DNA of 64,000 nt from Pseudomonadota bacterium (GCA_043806215.1 JAZDHD010000402.1:3661-67660), one strand, 5' to 3'; numbered from the stretch's first letter, positions 44,886-53,771 are shown. Numbers and translations: made by a program. The notes: a model not told the origin generated them from the letters alone.

Positions 44886-45189
44886 ACGCGTTCTTCATCG
44901 CCCAAGTCTTTCGGAAGCGGTATATGCGTTTGGAAAGCCACCCAACGGCAACGAGGAATGCAATGATTCCAACGAGAACCGACAGATTTGCAATCGTCGT
45001 GGGAACCAGAGGCCTCAAGAATTCCTGGCACACGGAGATAAGATAGGAAAAGGGCCAAATGAGAGCCACAAAAGGAATGGCCCGGTCGATGAACGTTGCA
45101 TGGATCTCCTCTTCTCCCGATTCCTCGGACCAGATGGTTTCCGGAATCCCGCAGCAGGATTGTTCCTTGTCTTCATGTATCGCCGGCAT
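44884..45189 (-). CDS. Hypothetical small membrane protein (two predicted TM helices)
   Basis: 101-aa ORF with hydrophobic stretches AIPFVALIWPFSYLISV and IANLSVLVGIIAFLVAVGWL. The DNA is AT-richer and wedged between two repeat blocks. AGGAA-type RBS. Confidence 0.4.
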   Translation of the reverse strand: MPAIHEDKEQSCCGIPETIWSEESGEEEIHATFIDRAIPFVALIWPFSYLISVCQEFLRPLVPTTIANLSVLVGIIAFLVAVGWLSKRIYRFRKTWAMKNA

Positions 45190-45214
45190 CTCTTGTTTCC
45201 TTTCTAGTTCCTCA

Positions 45215-45605
45215 ATCTTCCGTGAACAGGCCGGGCCTATTCGGCCGTATTGTTCCTTCCTCTCGTTCCCAGGCTCCTGCCTGGGAATGCCTATCCACCG
45301 GGCTCTGCCCGGTCTTCGGCCCGGAACACCGAGGGATCTTCATGGTCGGTTGTGATCCCGGAACCATGGAGGTTTGTGCCCTTAACACTTAGTGCTCCAC
45401 GGCGCAAATACGGTGTCGTATCCAAGGCAGCAAAGCCCGCTTTGGTAGCGCCGGCTCCGTGCCGGATTGGTAGGGGTAGGCCCCTGTGCCTACCCATGGG
45501 CACCCACAGGGGGGTGCCCCTACAAAGACGCCCGGCAGCGACGCCGGGACGCTACCGCGTGTTCACTGAATGTGCGACCGTATTTATGCCATAGAGCACT
45601 TAGCT
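45215..45605. repeat. Mosaic repeat block containing an about 215-bp MITE-like element (45388-45603)
   Basis: A second copy lies at 54937-55145 with a nearly identical core of about 125 bp. CTTAG/CTAAG motifs sit at both ends. Confidence 0.85.
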
Positions 45606-45609
45606 GCGT

Positions 45610-48240
45610 TCACGACTCCAATGCGGATCCCAGGTGTTCCGAGTCGGGCCACAGGAACGTGTTGATGTCGCTCCTGAACTTGTTCTTGTACCTGGCGACT
45701 TCTTTTTCGTTGGCCATGACCATGTCCAACTGCCGTGTGTGCATGATGAGATATCCAAGCACCTTCAGGCGGCTCGTCATGAACTCCTCATCCGCGTTCT
45801 CCATGCGGCAGAACAAGCTGTCTTCCTTCACTTCCGCACGGAACCCGTACTCTTCCATGATCCCCTTCATCAGACGGGCCCGCATCAATCGACGCTGATA
45901 GTCGGCTGCGCCCCCTTTGAACGCGAAGTGGATATAGTTTTCCTCGGGCTTTGCATCCACATGGCTTTCGAGAGTGGAAAAATGAAAACCAAAGCGGGAA
46001 TGCAGGCTGCAGTAGTTTCTGGTTACCAGGAAGAGATTTCGCGTGGAAAAGCCCGATCTGAGCGTGGCTTCGATATGGGGATTGGACGCGGATTCGGCCA
46101 GAACGGACATGAATCCCCGTGCATCGACCTGCGGAGAGCCCTGCCAAGGAACCGCGGTTATCCCGTCCCACACGGCCAGCATGGGAACGGAAGCAATATC
46201 TTCCAGCCGGACATACTTGCCTTGAATGTCCCCCCGGAAACCGTCTTCCAGATTAAGAACCCACCACTGCATCGGGACCTTGTAGAACAGCTGCTTGGTG
46301 GAACCCGGACGGAAATCGTGCTCGTCGCCGAAGTTGAACATCTCTTCGATGGATTTTTCATGCACGAAACGGGTAATATCGTGGAAGCTGCGGCAGTTTT
46401 CAGGTGCGAACTCCGGTGACTCCGGATCGAGAAGATTCAGCGGCACGATATGGCCCGCCGCTTCCTTGAGGGCTTCGTAAACGGGGCTCCCTTCCATGAG
46501 GTTCCTCCGGGGCACCGCCAAAGCCGAGAGATCGGCGAGCTTGCCTTCATAAACGGCACGCCCGTCGGCATCCACCGTAACCATCTCACCCTGACGGAGC
46601 AGTTCCACGGCGCGGTGCACGCCGCAGAGGGCGGGAACCCCGAATTCCCTCGCGACGTTGGCCAGATGCCCGGCAACTCCTCCCACATTCGTGACAACCG
46701 CGGCAGACCTCGAGAGCAACGGGGCCCACTCCGGCAAAGCCTCGTTCGCGACAAGTACCGCGCCCTCGGGAAACCTCAACCGGTCTTCAAGATCTCTAAC
46801 AACGAACACTTCGCCGTACGCCGTACCGGGGGAAGCGGTTACCCCGCCCTTGAGCAGTACGGGAGCATCAACCGGGGAATTTCGCGCAGCAATGCCGCCA
46901 AAGGACTTAGGTCCCTCAAGAGGCCTGCATTGGAGAATCCGGATTCCGCCCTGTTTCTCGATCGCCCATTCGATGTCCTGCGGGCAACCATAATAATCCT
47001 CCAAACGGATCGCCATAGAGGCCAGAAGGATTGCCTGTCCGTCGCTCAGCGATGCCTCTTGCCCGTTATCGGCGTCCGGACCTGCCGGGATTTCTTCCCT
47101 TGAAACCGCGTTCGGTCCCCGATCATCCGCTGAGGAAATCTTCTTCTCGACCACCTTCATGGGATCGGTGCGGCTCACCACGAACACATCGGGGTCTACG
47201 CTTCCCTCGACAACCGCCTTGGGTAACCCTCTCACGGAATTGATTACAATGGACCTATCCCTGATGTCCGTGGGATTGACCGAGTACATGACTCCGCCTG
47301 AGACGGCATCCACCATGGCCATGCAACCCACGCACATGGCTACGCTCTCGTCGGGAATTCCTCTACTCAAACGGTAAGTGATGGCGGGTAGCCCATACTT
47401 GCTCGCCAGTATTTCCTTGTACCCGTGAGCAATACCGTCCGGACTCACATGGAGTTTCGTTTGAAACTGGCCTGCAAAAGAGGCGCCCAAAGCATCCTCG
47501 CCCAGGGCGCTGCTTCTCAGAGAGACCCGGAGCCCCCTACCCGCCTCACTTTCCAAATCGCCGTAAGCACTTTCGAGCGCCTGCTCCAATTCAACGGGGA
47601 TCGGAGCGTCTGTGATGATCTTCTGGAGCGCTGCGCTTAGATCGCTCAGACTCTCCAAGGAGGAGGTGTCCACATCTCGAATCCGCCGCTCGATTTCCAC
47701 GTGGAGATCGCCGTGATGAATGAAGGCCTCGTACGCGGCAGAGGTGACGGCGAATCCCGGGGGTACTGGAAGGCCGATATTATTACGTATTTCACCAATG
47801 TTTGCCATCTTGTTCCCAACCTGGTCAACCAGCTTTCGATCTATTCCGCTCAACGGAATGACCAGCTTGCCCCCAACTTCAATCTTGCGGGGAACCAATA
47901 TTTCGTTGACGACGTTCTGAATCTTTTCGAACGACTGAAAGAGTCCTGAATACACCCCCGGGACCATCTGGTCGAGATGTTGAATCATTCTGAAAACGTT
48001 TACGGAAACCACGGTTGATGCAGACCGCACGAAAGACATGCCGAACGGCCTGCCGCCCGCTAAAGCCATTTCCATTTCACTCATGACGTCGAGTGCTTTG
48101 GTATTTGAGGACAGTATTGCCTTGAAGTTCTGATAGCGTGCCTTGAAGGTCAGCCGGAGCTCTTCGGTCCGACGGGCGGATTCCTCTCCGGAAGCCTCTT
48201 GGGAAATGAGTCTCTTTATCCATTGGAGAATCTTCCTCAT
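45610..48240 (-). CDS. PEP synthase / pyruvate-water dikinase-like protein (ATP-grasp, swivel His domain, divergent C-terminal domain)
   Basis: Trimmed to the ATG at 48240. Motifs VGNKMANIGE, SLRSSALGEDA..SFAGQF, PQDIEWAI..GGIRILQCRPL and VTNVGGVAGHLANVAREFGVPAL are present. Confidence 0.75.
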   Translation of the reverse strand: MRKILQWIKRLISQEASGEESARRTEELRLTFKARYQNFKAILSSNTKALDVMSEMEMALAGGRPFGMSFVRSASTVVSVNVFRMIQHLDQMVPGVYSGLFQSFEKIQNVVNEILVPRKIEVGGKLVIPLSGIDRKLVDQVGNKMANIGEIRNNIGLPVPPGFAVTSAAYEAFIHHGDLHVEIERRIRDVDTSSLESLSDLSAALQKIITDAPIPVELEQALESAYGDLESEAGRGLRVSLRSSALGEDALGASFAGQFQTKLHVSPDGIAHGYKEILASKYGLPAITYRLSRGIPDESVAMCVGCMAMVDAVSGGVMYSVNPTDIRDRSIVINSVRGLPKAVVEGSVDPDVFVVSRTDPMKVVEKKISSADDRGPNAVSREEIPAGPDADNGQEASLSDGQAILLASMAIRLEDYYGCPQDIEWAIEKQGGIRILQCRPLEGPKSFGGIAARNSPVDAPVLLKGGVTASPGTAYGEVFVVRDLEDRLRFPEGAVLVANEALPEWAPLLSRSAAVVTNVGGVAGHLANVAREFGVPALCGVHRAVELLRQGEMVTVDADGRAVYEGKLADLSALAVPRRNLMEGSPVYEALKEAAGHIVPLNLLDPESPEFAPENCRSFHDITRFVHEKSIEEMFNFGDEHDFRPGSTKQLFYKVPMQWWVLNLEDGFRGDIQGKYVRLEDIASVPMLAVWDGITAVPWQGSPQVDARGFMSVLAESASNPHIEATLRSGFSTRNLFLVTRNYCSLHSRFGFHFSTLESHVDAKPEENYIHFAFKGGAADYQRRLMRARLMKGIMEEYGFRAEVKEDSLFCRMENADEEFMTSRLKVLGYLIMHTRQLDMVMANEKEVARYKNKFRSDINTFLWPDSEHLGSALES

Positions 48241-48369
48241 ATCGGCCGAACTCCTATCGTCTGAGAGGCGGTGCCTGTAAGTCCGGAGACCTGCACCACC
48301 ACCGCGGGGCACTCGATGGGGGATGCTTGGGAAGGGGGGAGATGAGCCTCCCCCAGGTTCATCCCCCGG

Positions 48370-48705
48370 CTACTTCTTTCTGAGATCTTGTTTTGAAACG
48401 TTCATGATCCGAACCGCTTCTTTCATGTCGCCTTTCCGGTTGTACGCAATCCTGATTACGTCTCCCGGCGCCGGTGGAATGCCGATGAGCGCCTTTGACG
48501 TGTCGAAAGACGCCTGTTGGCCGGTGGGCTCGCCGTAGCGGTGTTCCTTCGAGAATTTTGTGTTGTATTCCTCGATGGTAAGCTGTTTCTTCTCGTTGTC
48601 ATAGGCCGTACACTTTCCTTGGGTTACTTCGGCTGCAAACACCGGCACAGCCGCGCAGACAATCAGGAGAAGTAATAGGACTAAGGAAAGGATCTTGGTT
48701 CTCAT
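48370..48705 (-). CDS. Small exported protein of unknown function
   Basis: Signal peptide MRTKILSLVLLLLLIVCAAVPVFA, then a hydrophilic domain of about 85 aa. Confidence 0.55.
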   Translation of the reverse strand: MRTKILSLVLLLLLIVCAAVPVFAAEVTQGKCTAYDNEKKQLTIEEYNTKFSKEHRYGEPTGQQASFDTSKALIGIPPAPGDVIRIAYNRKGDMKEAVRIMNVSKQDLRKK

Positions 48706-48869
48706 TGTAAACTCCCTCACTGGTCACGGTTTCTCGCCGCCGTTCACGGGAATCCCTGGGCGGGACCGCCCGGGGTGATCATGGAAAAGGCGAGCAACCC
48801 GCCATCTCCGGATCTCTTGGGAATGCTCGGGATTCATATCCCGGTTCCTCTCTGTTGCGTAGTCTTTCC

Positions 48870-49913
48870 TCAAGCCTGCGGGTATGATGCCGCCAACTTC
48901 TGTGCGGCGTTCTTCTCACGGAGTTCCTCGGCCGCTCCCTTGAACATGATGATGCAGATATAGAGGCAGATCAAACCGACTGCGCCGAGAATGATCACCG
49001 TGGCCGGAGTGCCGTAATTGAATTGTTTCAAGATGATGGACACCATGCATGCCACCACCGCAAGGCCGAAAGCCACCCTGATCCCATAGCCCCGGGCGTA
49101 CTTGGTTGCCACGGTACCAATCTGCGCACCGATGGCTGCTCCGCACAGCATCACGAAAACCGCCCAGATCTCGATGCGCCCCTTCGCTCCGAACGTGAAC
49201 GTTCCATACAAACCGGAGATCATCACTTCAAAAAGGTCGGTCCCCACGGCGATATGAGTCGGACAGCCGATCAAGTACACCAGCGCCGGCATCCGGAGCA
49301 GTCCGCCGCCGATCCCAAGAAATCCTGCCAGAACTCCCGTAAGGAGGCTCACCATTATGGGCAGCCACGCCGAACAGGTAATTCCCGCCGCCTCGAAGTG
49401 CATGACCGGGGGTATCTTGATCCTGTGGAGCGTCTTGTACCAGGTGATTCCTTCCGCTCCGTGTTCGCCGACAATGCCGGCCTTCTTCTTCCGAACGGCT
49501 TTCCAATAGTCGACGAACACCATGGTTGCTATAAGCAGGAGCACGACCACGTAGACCCACCGTACCACCGAGCCGATCCGGCCGATGCTTTCCAGCCACA
49601 TGACGATCTGAGCACCACATTCGATTCCGATCACGGTGCCGACGACCATTACGACGCCAAGTTTGTAATCTACGTTGCCGAATTTGGAATGCCGGATGGT
49701 GGAGATCATCGACTTGCCGGCAATATGGGAGATATCGGTTCCAATTGCGAACGCCATGGGAAAACCGAGTATGTTCAGACCGGGAGTTACCATCCAAGCC
49801 CCGCCCATACCGAAGAAGCCTCCGATGACGCCCACGGAAAACCCGATGAGCACCAAGCCCGGCCAGAAGATGTTCACCCCGGCAATGGGCATGTACATGT
49901 ACAGCCAGTCCAT
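48870..49913 (-). CDS. TauE/SafE (TSUP, DUF81) family anion exporter
   Basis: Polytopic membrane protein with the duplicated motifs GGFFGMGGAW and AGFLGIGGGLL. ATG at 49913 has GGAG 8 nt upstream. Confidence 0.8.
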   Translation of the reverse strand: MDWLYMYMPIAGVNIFWPGLVLIGFSVGVIGGFFGMGGAWMVTPGLNILGFPMAFAIGTDISHIAGKSMISTIRHSKFGNVDYKLGVVMVVGTVIGIECGAQIVMWLESIGRIGSVVRWVYVVVLLLIATMVFVDYWKAVRKKKAGIVGEHGAEGITWYKTLHRIKIPPVMHFEAAGITCSAWLPIMVSLLTGVLAGFLGIGGGLLRMPALVYLIGCPTHIAVGTDLFEVMISGLYGTFTFGAKGRIEIWAVFVMLCGAAIGAQIGTVATKYARGYGIRVAFGLAVVACMVSIILKQFNYGTPATVIILGAVGLICLYICIIMFKGAAEELREKNAAQKLAASYPQA

Positions 49914-49941
49914 TTTCACATCTCCTCATGGTCTCGTGAAA

Positions 49942-50241
49942 TCAATGCTCCACGATTTTGCGGGATTTGAGGTCAATCCCGGTTCGTTTCATGACAAAGT
50001 CGGTGATGATTCCCAACCCGCACCCCAGGACGGTGGTCACGATGACGCAGAGAAGCCCGAAGCCCATGGGGTTGGTATTATAGAGATCGAGCAAATAGAG
50101 ATTTACGCCGGACGACACTTGCCTGGTGTCCGCAACCACCACCAGCATTTCGGCACCGCCCTCTGCGGCCCATAGGAGTTCGGGCAAGAGCAGAGCGGCC
50201 AAGCCGGCAAAGAGCAGCAGTCTTGAGGATGCGGTTTTCAT
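49942..50241 (-). CDS. Small membrane protein (signal peptide plus one C-terminal TM helix)
   Basis: AAGGAGG lies 8 nt upstream of the ATG. Contains MKTASSRLLLFAGLAALLLP and GFGLLCVIVTTVLGCGLGII. Confidence 0.6.
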   Translation of the reverse strand: MKTASSRLLLFAGLAALLLPELLWAAEGGAEMLVVVADTRQVSSGVNLYLLDLYNTNPMGFGLLCVIVTTVLGCGLGIITDFVMKRTGIDLKSRKIVEH

Positions 50242-50315
50242 ATGGTCAGCCTCCTTGTTATCCGTTTTCGATCAGTGAAGAAGGGGCCCTGTTTCACGAA
50301 TGCCGACCGGCTTAA

Positions 50316-50331
50316 TGCAATTCATGTGCCG
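50316..50331 (-). promoter_or_regulatory. Sigma-54 promoter CGGCAC-ATGAA-TTGCA (minus strand)
   Basis: Reverse complement of TGCAATTCATGTGCCG; lies about 75 nt upstream of the ATG at 50241. Confidence 0.6.
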
Positions 50332-50468
50332 GCTCAAACGCCGGCATAGCGGTTCCTCCCTTATTCTTAAACTACAGGCGGAAGGCCATGGCCCAAACGA
50401 CGAGTCTCCATCGCCTTGTGCGGCGCCGCCCGGTGTCAGGACTCTTGACATCCTGTAAATGTAACTGC

Positions 50469-50486
50469 AATTACATGCTTGCCTCC
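50469..50486. promoter_or_regulatory. Inverted repeat ATGTAA-CTGCAA-TTACAT midway between two divergent sigma-54 promoters; candidate shared UAS
   Basis: Arms are exact reverse complements. It lies about 140 nt from the minus-strand promoter and about 150 nt from the plus-strand promoter. Confidence 0.35.
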
Positions 50487-50634
50487 CGCTTCCGTTCCAT
50501 GCACCGGTCCCGTTATGACGCCGCGGTCGCCTCGAAACTGCCTTGACCGGACAAGAAAAGGTCAAGGCTTTTGCCCGTTTCCCGCCGGCGCGTGCCGTGC
50601 CCCCGCTACACGGAAAATCGGAGACTCGGGGAAC

Positions 50635-50650
50635 GGGTACGGAAATTGCT
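50635..50650 (+). promoter_or_regulatory. Sigma-54 promoter candidate GGGTAC-GGAAA-TTGCT
   Basis: GG-N10-GC spacing and a perfect -12 TTGCT, with two mismatches in the -24 hexamer. Lies about 60 nt upstream of the ATG at 50711. Confidence 0.4.
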
Positions 50651-50710
50651 TGTAATGGTCGGTCGTCATTTCCCAAAATCCGATGAGTTCTCCATGAACC
50701 GGAGAAACCC

Positions 50711-53326
50711 ATGAAACAAGTCTTGTCGCAACTTGCAGAACGCGTACGGTCGTGGGCCCGAGGCAGGAACAGGATGCCCGCAGACAAGGTGTCCCGTGCA
50801 TTCAAGTTCCGGTACGCATGCTTCAAAGATCTGCTTGCATCGAACACTGAACTCCTCAATATTATTGCCAATATAGAAGAGAAGCTAAATGGGCGCGAGG
50901 TGTTCGGTATGTCCTACGTGAGATCTCAGGCAACGCGTGCAGTCTTCCACACGCTCCGCATGGTGAAGAGCCTTGACGATCTTTCGGGACACCATTATCC
51001 GTCGCTCTTTGCCCGTGTGGCGGAAATCAACGACGCGATCGAAAAGGAACTGTCGAGGGCCAAAGAGATAGATCTCCCTGCTTTGGTGCTGCCCTACTCA
51101 CGGGTGACCAAGGAGATGGTCGACTGGGTGGGCGGGAAGAACGCCAATCTCGGAGAATTGCTCAACAGAGTCCACTTGCCCGTACCTCGCGGTTTCGCCA
51201 TAACGACCCAAGGGTACAAGCTGTTCGTCCAACGGAACCAACTCGAGGAAGAGATCGACGGCTTCAAGATGAGCCTGGACCTGGACGATCCCGATTCCAT
51301 CGATTCGGTGAGCCGGAACATCCGGCGGTTGATCGTTGAAGCGCCGGTTCCGGCCGAGCTGGAAAAAGCAATCCGCAAGGCCTACGAGAACATGGTCGAG
51401 CAAGGTCCAGCGACTCCGGGCATCGATGTGGGGGCTCCCGTACGCGTCGCTTTGCGCAGCAGCGCAATAGGCGAGGACGGTGAATTGTCGTATGCCGGCC
51501 AATACCTCTCGGTTCTCAACGTCGTCCCGGAGAAGATCGTCGAGACGTACAAGCAAGTCCTGGCAAGTCTTTTCACGCCCCGTGCAATGGTGTATCGCCT
51601 GAACAAGGGTTTGAGGGACGACGATATCGCCATGAGCGTGGCATGCATCGAAATGGTGGAATCCGTTGCCGGAGGAGTTGCTTATTCAGTCGATCCATCG
51701 CGCATGCTGGAGGATTTCATCCTCATCAGCGGAGTTTGGGGACTGGGGCCCTACGCGGTGGACGGCGTCGTTTCGCCGGATACCTACGTAGTGTCGAAGA
51801 AACATGGATTCCCCATCGTCGAACAGTCGGTGTCGCAGAAGCCCGTGAAACTTGTCACCTATGCCGAAGGCGGTGTCCGGGAGGTGCCGGTGGAACCGGA
51901 ATTGCAGGGCAGACCGTGCCTGACCCCCGATCAGGCAGGCACCCTTGCGTCGCACGTTTTGGCCCTGGAAAAACACCATTCCTATCCTCAGGACGTAGAG
52001 TGGGCTCTGGATAGGAACGGACGCATATTCATACTTCAAACCCGGCCGCTCCACCTGGAAAGGATCGAGCTGAAGACTCCCGAATTGATACGGAACCGCC
52101 GGGTCCTGTTGGAGGGAGGAATCACCGCGTACCCCGGGGTCGGCTGCGGAACGGCCTTTCACGTTGACGGCGATGACGACCTCGCTCAGTTTCCCGACAA
52201 CGGTGTTCTGGTGGCCAAACGCTCGACCCCTCAGTTCGTGATCGTCATGCGAAAGGCACAGGCGATCGTAACGGATGTTGGAAGCATCACCGGGCACATG
52301 GCGTCGCTGGCAAGGGAATTCTGCGTGCCGACGATAGTCGACGCGCAGACAGCGGTCACATCCATACCCCATGGAGTGGAAGTCACGGTGGACGCATACT
52401 CGGGACGGGTCTATGAAGGGCGGGTGCCGGAACTGGTCGCCTTGCGCAGAAAACAAGACGCCGCGATGAAGGATACCCCCATATTTGAGACCCTTCGCCG
52501 GACCGCGGCGCTTATCGTGCCCCTCAAGCTCGTGAATCCGAAGTCCGCAAACTTCGCCCCGGAACACTGCACGACCCTGCACGACGTCATGAGATTTGTC
52601 CACGAACTCTCTTACAGAGAAATGTTCAATATCAGCGACATGGTTTCGGACACCGAAGGAGGGGGTTCGGTGAAACTGCGGGCTCCCATCCCGTTGGACC
52701 TTCACATCATCGATCTTGGAGACGGACTCTCCGGAGTCTCGCGGTATTCCAGGACCGTCACCGCGGATCAGATTGCCTCGGTGCCGTTCAAGGCAATTCT
52801 CAGGGGGATGATGGACGACCGCCTGCTGCAAGTAGGCCCGCGTGCCATCGACATGGGAGGATTTCTTTCCGTGGTGCGTGAGCAAATGTTGGCTCCCGGA
52901 AACGTGGAAGAACGGTTCGGCGACCGGAGTTACGCCATCGTATCGGATCACTACGTGAACTTCAGCTCCCGCATCGGCTACCACTACAGCGTCCTCGATT
53001 CGTACTGTTGCGACACGGTGAGCAAGAATTACATTACCTTCGCATTCAAGGGAGGCGCGGCCGATGAGGTCCGGCGGAATCGGCGGGTAAGAGCCATCGC
53101 TAGTATATTCAAGGCGTACGACTTTAACGTCGAGGTGCGCGAAGACAGGGTCGACGCCAGGTATTACAAATTCGATGAAGCCTCGACAATCCTGAACCTG
53201 GAAATGCTTGGACGGTTGCTGCAATTCACGCGTCAAATGGACATGTTGATGCATTCGGAGAATTCCGTGGAGACCATTACCCGCAGCTTCCTGAACGGCG
53301 ATTACAATCTTCACGGAGAACCGTAG
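50711..53326 (+). CDS. PEP synthase-like protein, paralog of 45610-48240
   Basis: Motifs VGGKNANLGE, ALRSSAIGEDGELSYAGQY, PQDVEWALDRNGRIFILQTRPL and VTDVGSITGHMASLAREFCVPTIV. GGAG RBS. Confidence 0.78.
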   Translation: MKQVLSQLAERVRSWARGRNRMPADKVSRAFKFRYACFKDLLASNTELLNIIANIEEKLNGREVFGMSYVRSQATRAVFHTLRMVKSLDDLSGHHYPSLFARVAEINDAIEKELSRAKEIDLPALVLPYSRVTKEMVDWVGGKNANLGELLNRVHLPVPRGFAITTQGYKLFVQRNQLEEEIDGFKMSLDLDDPDSIDSVSRNIRRLIVEAPVPAELEKAIRKAYENMVEQGPATPGIDVGAPVRVALRSSAIGEDGELSYAGQYLSVLNVVPEKIVETYKQVLASLFTPRAMVYRLNKGLRDDDIAMSVACIEMVESVAGGVAYSVDPSRMLEDFILISGVWGLGPYAVDGVVSPDTYVVSKKHGFPIVEQSVSQKPVKLVTYAEGGVREVPVEPELQGRPCLTPDQAGTLASHVLALEKHHSYPQDVEWALDRNGRIFILQTRPLHLERIELKTPELIRNRRVLLEGGITAYPGVGCGTAFHVDGDDDLAQFPDNGVLVAKRSTPQFVIVMRKAQAIVTDVGSITGHMASLAREFCVPTIVDAQTAVTSIPHGVEVTVDAYSGRVYEGRVPELVALRRKQDAAMKDTPIFETLRRTAALIVPLKLVNPKSANFAPEHCTTLHDVMRFVHELSYREMFNISDMVSDTEGGGSVKLRAPIPLDLHIIDLGDGLSGVSRYSRTVTADQIASVPFKAILRGMMDDRLLQVGPRAIDMGGFLSVVREQMLAPGNVEERFGDRSYAIVSDHYVNFSSRIGYHYSVLDSYCCDTVSKNYITFAFKGGAADEVRRNRRVRAIASIFKAYDFNVEVREDRVDARYYKFDEASTILNLEMLGRLLQFTRQMDMLMHSENSVETITRSFLNGDYNLHGEP

Positions 53327-53342
53327 AAGAGGGCGATTGCCG

Positions 53343-53771
53343 TCAAGGCAGATCGGCACGCCCTTCGCGTGGGCCGGCACCGGTCAGGCGCAGTCTTGCC
53401 TGCTTTCGATCAAAGGCCGCCCGGATCTTCTCCACCAGTTCGTCAATATCATAGGGTTTGAGCATATAGTCGTAGGCTCCCCGCGCCAGAATGACCTTAG
53501 CCGTATCCAGAGAAGCGTACGCGGTCATTATGATGACTTCGATCGTAGGATCGGCCTCCTTCATCTCGGAAAGGAGGTCCACTCCGTTCATCTCCGGCAT
53601 TTTGACGTCCACTATGGCCACATCGAACGATCTGCCCCTCATGATGTCCAATGCGTCCAGGCCCGTTCCCGCGGTGACGGCATCCAGGCCGCGGGTGCCC
53701 AGCAGCTTGGACATGGTCGTCCGGAACCTCTGTTCGTCGTCCACGATCAATACTCTCGGGTCTTCACTCAT
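53343..53771 (-). CDS. Single-domain response regulator (receiver only)
   Basis: VLIVDDEQRF...IVDVKMPEMNG...AYDYMLKP. Confidence 0.88.
   Translation of the reverse strand: MSEDPRVLIVDDEQRFRTTMSKLLGTRGLDAVTAGTGLDALDIMRGRSFDVAIVDVKMPEMNGVDLLSEMKEADPTIEVIIMTAYASLDTAKVILARGAYDYMLKPYDIDELVEKIRAAFDRKQARLRLTGAGPREGRADLP

Noticed and set aside
44445-45207. ORFs of 120-240 aa on both strands (44445..44834, 44467..44832, 44488..45207, 44519..45046)
   Set aside because: They run through the tandem and mosaic repeat DNA and overlap each other in several frames. Their peptides are just translations of the repeated hairpin modules, so I treat them as repeat artefacts and not as genes.
45610-53326. Calling the two dikinase-like genes ppsA
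   Set aside because: The N-terminal and His domains fit, but I could not find the canonical PEP/pyruvate-binding motifs in the C-terminal third. I keep the call at family-like level.
51686-53380. Long antisense ORFs (564 aa here; also 35801..36832, 42084..43079, 57857..59005, 20003..21250, 24452..25630, 10415..11266)
   Set aside because: Each lies opposite a gene with clear family motifs and has no recognisable motifs itself. These are typical shadow ORFs of high-GC DNA.
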